Shown here in pieces: positions 8,798 to 18,650 of a stretch of 64,000 bases of DNA (within the stretch, counting starts at the first letter, position 1; each line of letters starts with the position of its first letter). A program made the translations under genes and the position numbers. The notes beneath the pieces are model-generated. The model was not told the origin of the DNA. It ran no database searches and was given only the letters and a program-made list of their open reading frames with translations. The DNA comes from Treponemataceae bacterium (lineage in GTDB: Bacteria; Spirochaetota; Spirochaetia; Treponematales; Rectinemataceae). The stretch spans positions 864,001-928,000 of the forward strand of contig CAXXHO010000003.1 in assembly GCA_963667725.2 (NCBI GenBank), given 5' to 3'.

Positions 8798-10594
8798 ATG
8801 TTGAATCCTTTCAAGTTCGGCCTTAGCAAAAAACTCATCACGTTCATTGTATTTACTATAATAGTCTTTCTTTCCGCCACTTCACTCATAAGCAGCAAGA
8901 CATTAAATCAGTCGGCGATGATCACCGCCGATGAGATTTCCAATACTCTTCTCGATCAGACTGAAAAACGGATAACGCAATTTTTCAACGAGATGGGATT
9001 GCTTGCCGAAAGTCTGGCGAAAACCAAAGCGGTCCAGACGCTCTCGCTCGCTGATATGAAAGATCTCTTCATTTCCGTCGTTATGACCCGAAAGAGCTAT
9101 ATTCGCGGAATTTATGTAGGAACCGACGATGGAAGAATGTTCGAATGGGGAATAGGCAAGGGCTTCATCGACAATGTCCCAACCTTCCCGGCGGGGTATG
9201 ATCCGCGCCAAAGGCCTTGGTATAAAACAGCGCTCGAACAAGGGAAATTCTCGATCTCGGCTCCGTACCAATACGCTAGTATCGATGAGCTGGGCATTAC
9301 TTGCATTTTGCCGGTGCATAAGTCCGATGGGAGTTTTATAGGCGTATTGGGAATTGATATCCTCCTCGATGATCTGAAAAGAATCCTCGAAGAACTGGAA
9401 ATTCCAAAGCAAGGCAAGGCTTTGATGCTGACGTTGAGCGGGGAGATAATAGCGAGTCAGTTTCCGCACAAACAGGAAGGTACCCTTTCTCTGAAAGCCT
9501 TCTCCACTCCAGGGAGCGAAAAAGTACTGAAGAATCTAGCAGGCAGCTTTTCCAGCTTCGTCGATGGGCAAAAGATGCACTTCGTATTCAAGAGGTCTGC
9601 GAGCGCGAATTGGATTATTGCGGTTGCGATGCCTTATGAAAGCATTTTAGAACCGATGCGTGATCTAATGAGAGCGATCACCTTCATTGACGCGATGCTC
9701 ATGCTTCTTCTAATACTCTCCATAACGCTGATAGCGAACCATCTCATTATTTCCCCGCTCAACGGACTCGTTGAGGTGATCGGCCGGATCAAACAGGGGG
9801 AGAAGGCCCGGATACCTATCAGCGGAAAGGACGAATTCAGTTTTCTGGGCGAGGAGTTGAATACGCTGTTGGACATTGTCGAGGATAATTCGCGCCATCT
9901 CGAGGAGAAAGTGAAGCAGAGAACCCAGGAGATCGTACGGCTTCAGGCAGAGAATACGCAATATAAGATAATTGAAGAAAGACAGAGGATTTTTCGCGAC
10001 ATGCACGATTCGATAGGGGCGAAACTGACGAATATTTTTTTCTGCAACACGATAGCGAGGGATCAGGCGAACAATGAGTCTCCTATGCTGAAAAATATGA
10101 TAGAACGGATAGAAATCAACTGCATGGAGGCTGTTCAGGAGCTCAAGGAGATAATTTTCGGGATGAAAGAAACAGGGCGGTGTACCGTATATAGCTCAAG
10201 ATCCCTGGTCGACTCGATTCGCCAGCGCCTACAGGCGAAGCAGATCGGTTTTATATGCGACACCAGGAGCCAGGACGCTCTCAATGAAATCAAGCGAAGT
10301 CATAAGGATGAAATCGAGAATATTTTCGACGAGATCGTAAGCAATATATTAAAGCACTCACAGGCATTAAATGCGACTCTGGAGGTTGAAAACCGCGGTG
10401 GAGAAATTGCGATCCAATTTTTCGATGATGGCACAGGTTTTAATTTAAGCGGGCTAAACGGCTCAACATCAGGCCTAAATAATATACGTTATCGCGTAAA
10501 AAAAATTGGTGGAAGACTCACGTTGACATCTCGCGCCGGCATGGGAACCAGATTTCATATAAGTCTGGCATCCGAAGGAATAAGCGATGCATGA
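8798..10594 (+). CDS. Membrane sensor histidine kinase (dCache_1, HAMP, HisKA_3-type, HATPase)
   Basis: Two TM segments, YDPRQRPWY Cache motif, ERQRIFRDMHDSIG H-box, NILKHS, DDGTGF, SGLNNIRYR; alternative GTG start at 8756. Confidence 0.88.
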   Translation: MLNPFKFGLSKKLITFIVFTIIVFLSATSLISSKTLNQSAMITADEISNTLLDQTEKRITQFFNEMGLLAESLAKTKAVQTLSLADMKDLFISVVMTRKSYIRGIYVGTDDGRMFEWGIGKGFIDNVPTFPAGYDPRQRPWYKTALEQGKFSISAPYQYASIDELGITCILPVHKSDGSFIGVLGIDILLDDLKRILEELEIPKQGKALMLTLSGEIIASQFPHKQEGTLSLKAFSTPGSEKVLKNLAGSFSSFVDGQKMHFVFKRSASANWIIAVAMPYESILEPMRDLMRAITFIDAMLMLLLILSITLIANHLIISPLNGLVEVIGRIKQGEKARIPISGKDEFSFLGEELNTLLDIVEDNSRHLEEKVKQRTQEIVRLQAENTQYKIIEERQRIFRDMHDSIGAKLTNIFFCNTIARDQANNESPMLKNMIERIEINCMEAVQELKEIIFGMKETGRCTVYSSRSLVDSIRQRLQAKQIGFICDTRSQDALNEIKRSHKDEIENIFDEIVSNILKHSQALNATLEVENRGGEIAIQFFDDGTGFNLSGLNGSTSGLNNIRYRVKKIGGRLTLTSRAGMGTRFHISLASEGISDA

Positions 10595-11249
10595 AAACCA
10601 GATCATCAAGAGAATTGAAGTGTCGATTGTCGAAGATGAGAGAGAGGTTCGAGAAGGACTTCGATATCTTCTAGGACACGACGATCGGATACATATTCTT
10701 TCAGCCTTTGCGAACGCCGAAGAATTCATCGCGAGCCTTCCAAACCGACTGAAACCCGAGATTGTGCTGATGGATATAAATCTTCCCGGCATGAGCGGAA
10801 TAGAAGCGACTCGATCGCTTCAGGCTGGGTACCCAAACATCATCGTGCTGATTCTTACCATCTTCGAAGAGGAAGTGAAAATCCTCGACTCGATAAAGGC
10901 GGGAGCAAGAGGCTATATCTTAAAAAACACTAAACCCGACCTTCTTATAGAACAGATAATAGGCGCTCGCGAGGATGGCTCACCTGTTAGTCCGGTCGCG
11001 GCTAGATTTATCCTCGACGAAATCAGGCGCGAATATTCGAATATACAAGGGAGCGAATATAAATTAACGAACAGGGAAAAAGAAGTGCTGAAAGATATTG
11101 TCGACGGCTTGACCTATCGGGAATCGGCAGAAGAGCATCATATCGCCGGTTCTACCGCCAAAAAACATATACTCCATATCTATCAGAAGCTCAATGTTTC
11201 CTCGAGAGCCGAAATCGTCAAAAAGGCTCTGACTGAGAAGCTGATATGA
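10587..11249 (+). CDS. NarL/LuxR-family response regulator
   Basis: IVEDE, LMDINLPGMSG, GYILK receiver motifs; LTNREKEVL...KHILHIYQKL HTH. Confidence 0.92.
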   Translation: MHENQIIKRIEVSIVEDEREVREGLRYLLGHDDRIHILSAFANAEEFIASLPNRLKPEIVLMDINLPGMSGIEATRSLQAGYPNIIVLILTIFEEEVKILDSIKAGARGYILKNTKPDLLIEQIIGAREDGSPVSPVAARFILDEIRREYSNIQGSEYKLTNREKEVLKDIVDGLTYRESAEEHHIAGSTAKKHILHIYQKLNVSSRAEIVKKALTEKLI

Positions 11250-11327
11250 ATCCTTGGGCATGATGTTATCCCCACTGGCTCCTTTGGTGTACTTTTGCTG
11301 GCAGTGCTAGAGCGGATCGAATAAAAA

Positions 11328-11371
11328 TACATCCTATGGTGAATATCCTCTTTTGGGAGCGGCAGTATAAT
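11328..11371 (+). promoter_or_regulatory. Putative activator-dependent promoter with imperfect direct repeats
   Basis: TACATCCTATGGTGAA / TATCCTCTTTTGGGAG tandem units over a poor -35; TATAAT at 11366-11371. Confidence 0.35.
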
Positions 11372-11405
11372 CATAATTGATCCAATAACTCACTAGGAGG
11401 CATTT

Positions 11406-12740
11406 ATGATTCGAAGGCGGCTCAATTCACTCGTAACGCTATTCTTCATAGCGTTGCTGGTTTCTGCGAATGTCTTTGCTCAAGAACCCCCTAAGGACTA
11501 CGCACCAAAAGCAGAAATCGTAAGCCTGATCGGCACGATCCAGCAAAATGCGACAGTTCAGCAAGCTTTGGAGTATATAAAATCGCAGCAAGCGCAGATC
11601 ATCAAGGACGATATCGAATTGACGCAGATACCCGCTCCTCCCTTCACAGAGACAGTGAGGGGCGTTGAATATGTGAAGCGGCTGGAAGCCGCTGGGCTGA
11701 AGGACGTCAAGACTGACGCGGCTGGCAACGTCTACGCGATTCGCAGGGGGACCGGCAATGGTCCGTTGCTCCTCGTCGCAGCCCACCTGGACACAGTCTT
11801 TCCAGAAGGAACCGATGTTACTGTCAAGCAAAAAGACGGAAAGCTATATGCACCCGGTATCGGAGATGACGGTATCGCGTTGGCGTCCTTGCTCGCTATC
11901 GTCAGAGCTTTCGATGTTACGGGAATAAAGACGGTAGGCGATATCATCTTTTGCGGGGATGTAGGTGAAGAAGGCCTCGGCGACTTGCGCGGGATGAAAG
12001 CAATCTTCGCCGATATCAAAGAAATCGATGGTTTTATTTCGATTGAATCTGGATTCAGCGGGGTAACCTATCTCGCTACCGGCAGCCATCGTTTCGAAGT
12101 CACTTTCAAAGGTCCTGGCGGGCATAGTTTCGGCGCGTTCGGAATTCCAAGCCCGATTCATGCGATGGGAAGGGCGATCGCGAAGATAAGCGAGATTCAG
12201 GTCCCGAAAGACCCCAAGACAACGTACACTGTCGGCGTGGTGAGTGGCGGCACTTCGGTCAATTCCATCGCCTTCGAGGCGAAAATGTGGGTGGACATGA
12301 GGTCGAATGATGAAATCGAAGTCGTAAAGACGGAGCAGCTTTTCCGGAAAGCAATATACGATGGCGTTTTCGAAGAGAATTATCGCTGGGGTAGCGATAA
12401 GATCAGCGTCGATATAGCGATGGTCGGCAATAGGGGAGCAGGAAGCCAGGATCCATACGCACCCATCGTGCAAATAGACTTCGCAGCGCAGCAAGCGGTG
12501 GGAATCCCCAACGTTAAGCTTGGTTCTGCAAGTAGTACCGACGCAAATCATCCAATTGCTCTCGGCATTCCGGCGATCACGACCGTTGGGGGCGGGCGAA
12601 AGGGCGGTGGCGGACACGCGCTAAACGAGTGGGTCGATCCCACTGATGCATATATGACAACTCAGCATACGCTCCTTACCATTCTTGGTCTTGTAGGTGT
12701 CGACGGAGTCTCCATTCCGCAGCTCGCGGAAAGAAAGTAA
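11406..12740 (+). CDS. Secreted M20/M25/M40-family metallohydrolase
   Basis: Signal peptide; AHLDTVF, GDDG, GEEG, GGHS, STDAN, GGHALNE; AGGAGG RBS. Confidence 0.88.
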   Translation: MIRRRLNSLVTLFFIALLVSANVFAQEPPKDYAPKAEIVSLIGTIQQNATVQQALEYIKSQQAQIIKDDIELTQIPAPPFTETVRGVEYVKRLEAAGLKDVKTDAAGNVYAIRRGTGNGPLLLVAAHLDTVFPEGTDVTVKQKDGKLYAPGIGDDGIALASLLAIVRAFDVTGIKTVGDIIFCGDVGEEGLGDLRGMKAIFADIKEIDGFISIESGFSGVTYLATGSHRFEVTFKGPGGHSFGAFGIPSPIHAMGRAIAKISEIQVPKDPKTTYTVGVVSGGTSVNSIAFEAKMWVDMRSNDEIEVVKTEQLFRKAIYDGVFEENYRWGSDKISVDIAMVGNRGAGSQDPYAPIVQIDFAAQQAVGIPNVKLGSASSTDANHPIALGIPAITTVGGGRKGGGGHALNEWVDPTDAYMTTQHTLLTILGLVGVDGVSIPQLAERK

Positions 12741-12831
12741 ATTTAAGCTTGCTTAAAAGTGACAGAAACGCTCAGCGATTTTCCCCTGGGCGTTTCTACC
12801 TAAGAGCAACGCGGAATAAAGAGGTGAACCA

Positions 12832-14145
12832 ATGGCAGAATCGACTCGAGATAAAAAGGGCATTTTCGATTGGTATTTCAAGACCAATCTTCTCGCCCGC
12901 ATTCTTGTTGGCCTCATACTTGGTGCCGTCGTGGGCATCGTCCTGGGATTTTTCCCCGATTCGGTAAAGCCCTTTGTCGATAATTCGAAATTCTTCGGCG
13001 ACCTCTTCATCCGACTGCTGAAGATGATCGTGGTGCCAGTCATCCTCTTCTCCCTGATCGCGGGAGCGGCAAGCATCGATCCCGGCCGCCTCGGCCGCGT
13101 CGGCGTCAAGATCATGGCCTATTATCTGTTCACGAGCGCCCTCGCTGTCGCCATCGGCCTGGTATTTGCCAATATCCTCCAGCCCGGAGCCGGCTTCAAT
13201 ATCGTCGGAGCGGCCGGAGTCCAGGGAAAGGCGGCCGCCTCGCTGCCGATCTCGCAGATACTCCTCAATATCGTCCCGACCAACCCCATCGATTCCCTCG
13301 CCAAGGGTGACGTTCTCCCGATCATCTTCTTCGCCGTGGTCTTCGGGATCGCCCTCTCCTATATCAAGGGCGCCGAGAACAAGAGCCTGGCCAAGGCGGG
13401 CGCGACCCTCCTGGACGTGGTGAACGCAGCCGCCGAAACCATGTATAAAGTGGTTTCCGGCATCATGCAGTACGCGCCGATCGGCGTATTCGTCCTCATC
13501 GCCCAGGTGTTCGCCCAGCAGGGACCCAAGGCCATCGGACCCCTTCTCATCGTCACCCTGACCGTTTACATCGGACTTCTCGTTCACCTCGTGGGCGTCT
13601 ACGGCGGATTCCTGTCCATCTACAAGCTGGGCTTTCTCAAATTCCTCAAGGGAGCCAATGAGGCGATGATTACGGCCTTTGTTACCCGATCCTCGGGCGG
13701 AACCCTTCCCATCACGATGCGCTGCGCGGAAGAAAAATTGGGCATCAACCGTTCGATCTGTTCCTTCACCCTGCCCCTGGGCGCCACGATCAATATGGAT
13801 GGAACGGCGATTTATCTGGGCGTCTGCGCCATCTTCATCGGCAACGCCATCGGTCAGCCGCTTACCATGAGCCAACAGGGCATGGTCGTACTGACCGCGA
13901 CCCTCGCTTCCATCGGCACGGCGGGCGTACCGGGCGCCGGAGCCATCATGCTCCTCATGGTCCTTGAATCGATCGGCCTGAAGGTCACCGAAGGCTCGGC
14001 GGTAGCCGCGGCTTATGCGATGATCCTCGGCATCGATGCCCTCCTCGACATGGGACGCACGAGCCTCAACGTCACGGGCGACATCGCGGGTTCAGCCATT
14101 GTGGCCAAGACTGAAAAAGAACTGGACATGACAAACTGGAAATAA
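12832..14145 (+). CDS. Dicarboxylate/amino acid:cation symporter (DAACS, GltP/GltPh-like)
   Basis: [39 protein letters not shown]. Confidence 0.92.
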   Translation: MAESTRDKKGIFDWYFKTNLLARILVGLILGAVVGIVLGFFPDSVKPFVDNSKFFGDLFIRLLKMIVVPVILFSLIAGAASIDPGRLGRVGVKIMAYYLFTSALAVAIGLVFANILQPGAGFNIVGAAGVQGKAAASLPISQILLNIVPTNPIDSLAKGDVLPIIFFAVVFGIALSYIKGAENKSLAKAGATLLDVVNAAAETMYKVVSGIMQYAPIGVFVLIAQVFAQQGPKAIGPLLIVTLTVYIGLLVHLVGVYGGFLSIYKLGFLKFLKGANEAMITAFVTRSSGGTLPITMRCAEEKLGINRSICSFTLPLGATINMDGTAIYLGVCAIFIGNAIGQPLTMSQQGMVVLTATLASIGTAGVPGAGAIMLLMVLESIGLKVTEGSAVAAAYAMILGIDALLDMGRTSLNVTGDIAGSAIVAKTEKELDMTNWK

Positions 14146-14212
14146 GGCATAAAGCAAGAGCTAATCGTGAAGATTAAAAGTTGTGGTAAGGATAAGTAAA
14201 TGAACTAGGAAG

Positions 14213-14257
14213 AAAAGGCGGGTGCCCAGACTCAAGGCCTAGGTACCTGCCTTTTTT
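14213..14257. terminator. Probable bidirectional terminator between convergent genes
   Basis: AAAA-GGCGGGTGCC...GGTACCTGCC-TTTTTT. Confidence 0.7.
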
Positions 14258-14272
14258 GACTGAAAATGTTTT

Positions 14273-14554
14273 TCAGTAACCGGGCATGTCGGAGAGACCG
14301 CCGGCGTTGACGACGTCGGCGAAGCCCAGGGACTTGAGGATGCGGGCGCCCATGGCGCTCCGCGCCCCCGAGGCGCAGTAGAGCACGACGGGCTTGTCTT
14401 TGGGGCCGATCTCCCCGGCTCTGGCCGAAAGTTCGTTGACCGGTATGTTCAATGCCTTGGGGAAGTGCTCGTCCGCGAATTCATCCTGACTGCGGACATC
14501 GACGACGACGGCCCCGGCTTTGATTTTCTGTTCCACGCTGTTGAAAAATCCCAT
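14273..14554 (-). CDS. Single-domain rhodanese (sulfurtransferase)
   Basis: VDVRS.DEF..H, active loop LYCASGARS, NAGGL. Confidence 0.9.
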   Translation of the reverse strand: MGFFNSVEQKIKAGAVVVDVRSQDEFADEHFPKALNIPVNELSARAGEIGPKDKPVVLYCASGARSAMGARILKSLGFADVVNAGGLSDMPGY

Positions 14555-14660
14555 TCCTATCTCCTTGTTTCATAATCTGCGGCGCCTGGCTAGGCCTGGC
14601 GCCGATATTCTCATGCCGGGTTGCGCCCGGCAGCGCTGACGAAGGGAGGACCTAGCCTCC

Positions 14661-16352
14661 TCAATCCCCGACAATCTCTTCGAAGCCTCCGAAAAGCCTC
14701 AAGCTGGTCATGCCGCCCGAAACGTAGACCGGGTCGCTGAAGCCGTTTTGCCGCAGTATCCTGGAAGCCAGGTGGCCTTCGAATCCGGCCAGGGAGACGA
14801 TGAGGAGCCTCGCGTTTTTCGGGATTTCCTCCAGCCTGTCCCGGATTTCGTCGAGGGGGACGTGAAGGGATCCGGCCAGGTGGCCTTTCATATATTCGCC
14901 GAAATTCCTGACATCGAGGAAAGTGAAGGCGTTTTTACTATCCGCCGCCGCGAGCGCCGCTTCGTGGGGAGATACGAAGGGCGAGTAGCCGGAGAGATCG
15001 TTCTCGGCCGCGAAGGCGGCCATCTGTATGGGATCGTTGGCGCTGGAATAGGGCGGGGCGTAGGAAAGATCCAGTTCGGCCAGATCGGAGAGCTTCATCC
15101 TCGCGGCGAGGGCTGTGGCGAGCACGTCGATGCGCTTCTCCACGCCGGCTTCGCCGAAGGCCTGGGCCCCGAGCAGCCTGCCGTCCTCCGCATAGACGAG
15201 CTTGAGCGATAGTTCCTTGTAGCCTGGGTAATAGCTGGCGTGATGAGCCCTGTGGACATGGACCGCCCGAGCCTGGATGCCCGCCGCCTTGGCGGCCTTT
15301 TCGGAGAGTCCGGTCTGGGCGAAGGTATAGTCCACCGCCTTGAACACGGAGGTCCCGAGGGCTCCGGCGTACTTTTTCATGCCGCCGGCGGAGCCCGGAG
15401 CCTTTCCATGGCCCGCCAGCGCGTTCGTCGCCGCGATCCGTCCCTGCCTGTTCGCGGGTCCAGCCAGCGGAATCCTGACCTTGGCCCCATCCACCCTTCT
15501 GACCAGCTCCACCATGTCGCCGGCGGCAAAAATATCCTCGTCGCTCGTCCGGAGGAATTCGTCGACAAGAAGGCCGCCCGAAGCGCCGATCGCGAGCCCC
15601 GCCGCTTTGGCGAGTTCGGTGTTGGGCCGCACTCCGGCCGACATGAGAACGATATCGGCATCGAGTTTCGTCCCGTCGCTCAATTCGACGCTATGGGTGG
15701 CGTAGTCAATTCTCTTGAGGGATTTCTTCGTGTAAACCGAGGCTCCGGCCTCCATGAAGGCTTTCGCGATCTGGGCGCCGAACTCAGGGTCGGCGGGCGG
15801 CATAAGCTGGTCGGTGAGTTCTACGATGGAGGTCGAGAGGCCGCGTTTTATGAAGGCCTCGGCGGTTTCGAGACCGATGAAGCCGCCGCCAACGACGATG
15901 GCTGATTTCGCTCCCGTATCGGAGATGTAAGCGTTGATGGCATCCATGTCGGGGATGGTCCAGAGGCGGAAAACATTGGGCGAATCGACGCCGTCGACCG
16001 GCGGCACGAAAGGAGTTCCGCCCTGGGCGAGGATGAGCTTGTCGTAGGGGATGTCTCGCTCCCCCTCGGGACCGCGGACGCGGACGGAACGCGCGGTTTT
16101 GTCGATGGCTATGGCTTCGGTCTTCAGGGCCACGTTGACTTTATATCGGGAAAAGAAACCTTCGGCGGTCTGCAGGATGAGGGCGCTCCGTTTCGTTATG
16201 TCGCCCGAGAGTCTATAGGGCAGGCCGCAGTTCGCGAACGATACATAAGGGCCCTTTTCGATGAGGGTGATCTCGGCTCTCTCGTCGAGTCTTCTCGCCC
16301 TGGCCGCCGCCGTCGCTCCTGCCGCCACGCCTCCGATAATTACGAGTTTCAT
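14661..16352 (-). CDS. CoA-disulfide/persulfide reductase with C-terminal rhodanese domain
   Basis: GGVAAGA, SFANCGLPY redox Cys, GGGFIGLE, YAPPYSS, C-terminal DVR..GEY..GH domain. Confidence 0.9.
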   Translation of the reverse strand: MKLVIIGGVAAGATAAARARRLDERAEITLIEKGPYVSFANCGLPYRLSGDITKRSALILQTAEGFFSRYKVNVALKTEAIAIDKTARSVRVRGPEGERDIPYDKLILAQGGTPFVPPVDGVDSPNVFRLWTIPDMDAINAYISDTGAKSAIVVGGGFIGLETAEAFIKRGLSTSIVELTDQLMPPADPEFGAQIAKAFMEAGASVYTKKSLKRIDYATHSVELSDGTKLDADIVLMSAGVRPNTELAKAAGLAIGASGGLLVDEFLRTSDEDIFAAGDMVELVRRVDGAKVRIPLAGPANRQGRIAATNALAGHGKAPGSAGGMKKYAGALGTSVFKAVDYTFAQTGLSEKAAKAAGIQARAVHVHRAHHASYYPGYKELSLKLVYAEDGRLLGAQAFGEAGVEKRIDVLATALAARMKLSDLAELDLSYAPPYSSANDPIQMAAFAAENDLSGYSPFVSPHEAALAAADSKNAFTFLDVRNFGEYMKGHLAGSLHVPLDEIRDRLEEIPKNARLLIVSLAGFEGHLASRILRQNGFSDPVYVSGGMTSLRLFGGFEEIVGD

Positions 16353-16367
16353 ATTAAAGACTCCTTA

Positions 16368-16403
16368 TATATAGATAATACTATATAAGCTTTAACCAGT
16401 CAA
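16368..16403 (-). promoter_or_regulatory. Promoter with overlapping palindromic operator
   Basis: Minus strand TTGACT-17nt-TATTAT; palindrome TATATAG-N6-CTATATA (16368-16387) centred on the -10. Confidence 0.65.
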
Positions 16404-16504
16404 CTATAAGCCGGTGCCTAGGGTCCTCACTTGGGCTCCGCTTTCTGCTCGCCGAAGTTCCATGCCTTGTTCTGCGACTGGTTTATTCAATATACTACGG
16501 CGAA

Positions 16505-17713
16505 ATGAAATTTTCGAAACGCATCGATTTTTCCGCCGCCCGAAACGATCTGGAACTGGAACGAAGCGAGCGAAGACGCCTGGGCCTGCCCGTTTTCGAC
16601 CTGTCGCAGTCGAATCCCACGAAAACCGGATTCGCCCACCAGTCTTCGGAACTGGCGCTGGCGCTTTCCAGCGAAGAAAACCGTCTCTATTCTCCCGACC
16701 CCAGGGGCCTGGCGCACGGACGCGCCGACATAGCCTCCCATGTCTCGCTCTCCGGGAAAAGCGTCGACGCGAACCATCTTCTTCTCTGCGCGTCGACTTC
16801 GGAAGCATATTCCTACCTTTTCAAGCTTCTCTGCGATCCCGGCGAATCGGTTCTCGTGCCAAGGCCGGGATATCCGCTTTTCGACCATCTGGCGGCCCTG
16901 GAATCGGTGCGAGCCTTGGGTTACAGACTCGAATATCGTCATCCTTGCGGATGGAGCATCGACCTCTCCTCCCTGCGGGAGATACTGGAAGGCCCCGACG
17001 GCGCGAGCGTCAAGGCTATCGTCCTCATAAATCCCAACAATCCCACCGGTTCCTATCTGCGCGAAACCGAACTGGCTGCCATCATCGAGCTCTGCCGCGT
17101 CCATTCCCTGGCCATCATCGCCGATGAAGTATTCCATGGATACGAACTCGAGCCCAGGGAGGGGAGGGTATCCCTTCGCGGCAGGGAGGAAGTCCTCACC
17201 TTCGTTCTCGACGGCCTTTCCAAGCGGCTTTGCCTGCCTCAGATGAAGCTGGGCTGGATTTCGGTCTCGGGTCCCGAGGAAGATGTCGAGAGCGCCATAG
17301 GCGCCCTCGAGCTCATCTCCGACGCCTTCCTTTCCGCGGGAACGCCTATCATGAACGCCGCGGGCAAGCTTCTTTCACGCGAGAACGAAACGGTTTCGGC
17401 GGTGAGGGAACGCATGCGGAGCGTCTACGGCATTTACCGGGAAATCCTGGAATACGAAGGCTCGCCGCACCGGGTCCTCGCCTGCGAGGGCGGCTGGACG
17501 GCCCTCGTGCAAAGTCCGCGTTTCGCATGCGAGGAAGAGCTCGCGCGGGGTCTTCTGCGCGATGAAGGAATCTACGTGCACCCGGGATTTTTCTTCGACA
17601 TGGAAAAAGAAGCGTATTTCGCCTTCAGCCTGATCATAGATCCCGAGGAGGCCAGGCTGGCCGCAGTGAAATACAGAGCGTATTTCGACCGGTTTCTGCA
17701 TTACAGCAGATAA
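16505..17713 (+). CDS. PLP-dependent aminotransferase class I/II
   Basis: PGYPLF, INPNNPTG, IIADEVF, GLSKRL (PLP Lys); upstream TTGTTC-18-TATACT promoter. Confidence 0.85.
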   Translation: MKFSKRIDFSAARNDLELERSERRRLGLPVFDLSQSNPTKTGFAHQSSELALALSSEENRLYSPDPRGLAHGRADIASHVSLSGKSVDANHLLLCASTSEAYSYLFKLLCDPGESVLVPRPGYPLFDHLAALESVRALGYRLEYRHPCGWSIDLSSLREILEGPDGASVKAIVLINPNNPTGSYLRETELAAIIELCRVHSLAIIADEVFHGYELEPREGRVSLRGREEVLTFVLDGLSKRLCLPQMKLGWISVSGPEEDVESAIGALELISDAFLSAGTPIMNAAGKLLSRENETVSAVRERMRSVYGIYREILEYEGSPHRVLACEGGWTALVQSPRFACEEELARGLLRDEGIYVHPGFFFDMEKEAYFAFSLIIDPEEARLAAVKYRAYFDRFLHYSR

Positions 17714-17734
17714 TTGAATAAAGGAGGGGATAAC

Positions 17735-18610
17735 ATGTCGGCTGCCATAATAAACGGAAAGGAAATCGCGAAGGAAATCCGCGCGGAAATAAAAACAAGA
17801 GTGCGGGCGCTCGCCGCCCAAGGCATCGTGCCGGGTTTGGCTGTCGTCCTGGTGGGCGAGGATCCGGCCTCCCTCTCCTATGTTACCGGAAAGGAAAAAG
17901 CATGCGTCGAGGCGGGGATCGCCAGCTATGGACGCCATCTCCCGGCGTCGACGAGCCAGGAAGAACTCCTTGCCCTGGTGAAGGCCTATAACGACGACGA
18001 CAGGGTGCACGGAATCCTCGTCCAGCTGCCGCTTCCCGGCCATATAGACGAAAACGCGGTGATCGCGGCGATTTCGCCTGACAAGGACGTGGACGGGTTC
18101 ACGCCGATAAATATTGGCAGGATGTTCCTCGAGGAGCCCTGCTATCTGCCTTGTACGCCGGCTGGCATCCTCGAGATGATTAAGCGGAGCGGAATCCCGA
18201 CAAAGGGCGCGAATGTCGTCGTCGTGGGCAGATCCAATATCGTCGGCAAACCCCTCATGAACCTGCTCGTGCGAAAATCCATCAACGCCACGGTCACGGT
18301 ATGCCATACGGGGACGAAAGATCTGGCGTCGTATTGCATGAACGCCGATATTCTAATAGCATGTGCCGGGAAAGCCGGCCTGATACGCGGCGACATGGTC
18401 AAGCCGGGCGCCTGCGTCATCGACGTAGGCGTGAACCGCGTGGAAGACGCCGCGGCGGCCAAAGGCTATCGATTGACCGGCGACGTGGATTTCGAGGCGG
18501 CCTCCAGGGTGGCGGGATGGATAACGCCCGTGCCGGGCGGCGTCGGACCCATGACGATCACCATGCTTCTCGCCAATACCGTCGAAGCCGCATCCCGTTC
18601 GGCCGTATGA
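17735..18610 (+). CDS. folD: Methylenetetrahydrofolate dehydrogenase/cyclohydrolase
   Basis: GILVQLPLP, KDVDG, PCTP.G, GRSNIVGKP, TPVPGGVGPMT; AGGAGG RBS. Confidence 0.96.
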   Translation: MSAAIINGKEIAKEIRAEIKTRVRALAAQGIVPGLAVVLVGEDPASLSYVTGKEKACVEAGIASYGRHLPASTSQEELLALVKAYNDDDRVHGILVQLPLPGHIDENAVIAAISPDKDVDGFTPINIGRMFLEEPCYLPCTPAGILEMIKRSGIPTKGANVVVVGRSNIVGKPLMNLLVRKSINATVTVCHTGTKDLASYCMNADILIACAGKAGLIRGDMVKPGACVIDVGVNRVEDAAAAKGYRLTGDVDFEAASRVAGWITPVPGGVGPMTITMLLANTVEAASRSAV

Positions 18611-18650
18611 AGCCCGACTGAAAAGAAACGACCCGGAGGTCGAACAATCC

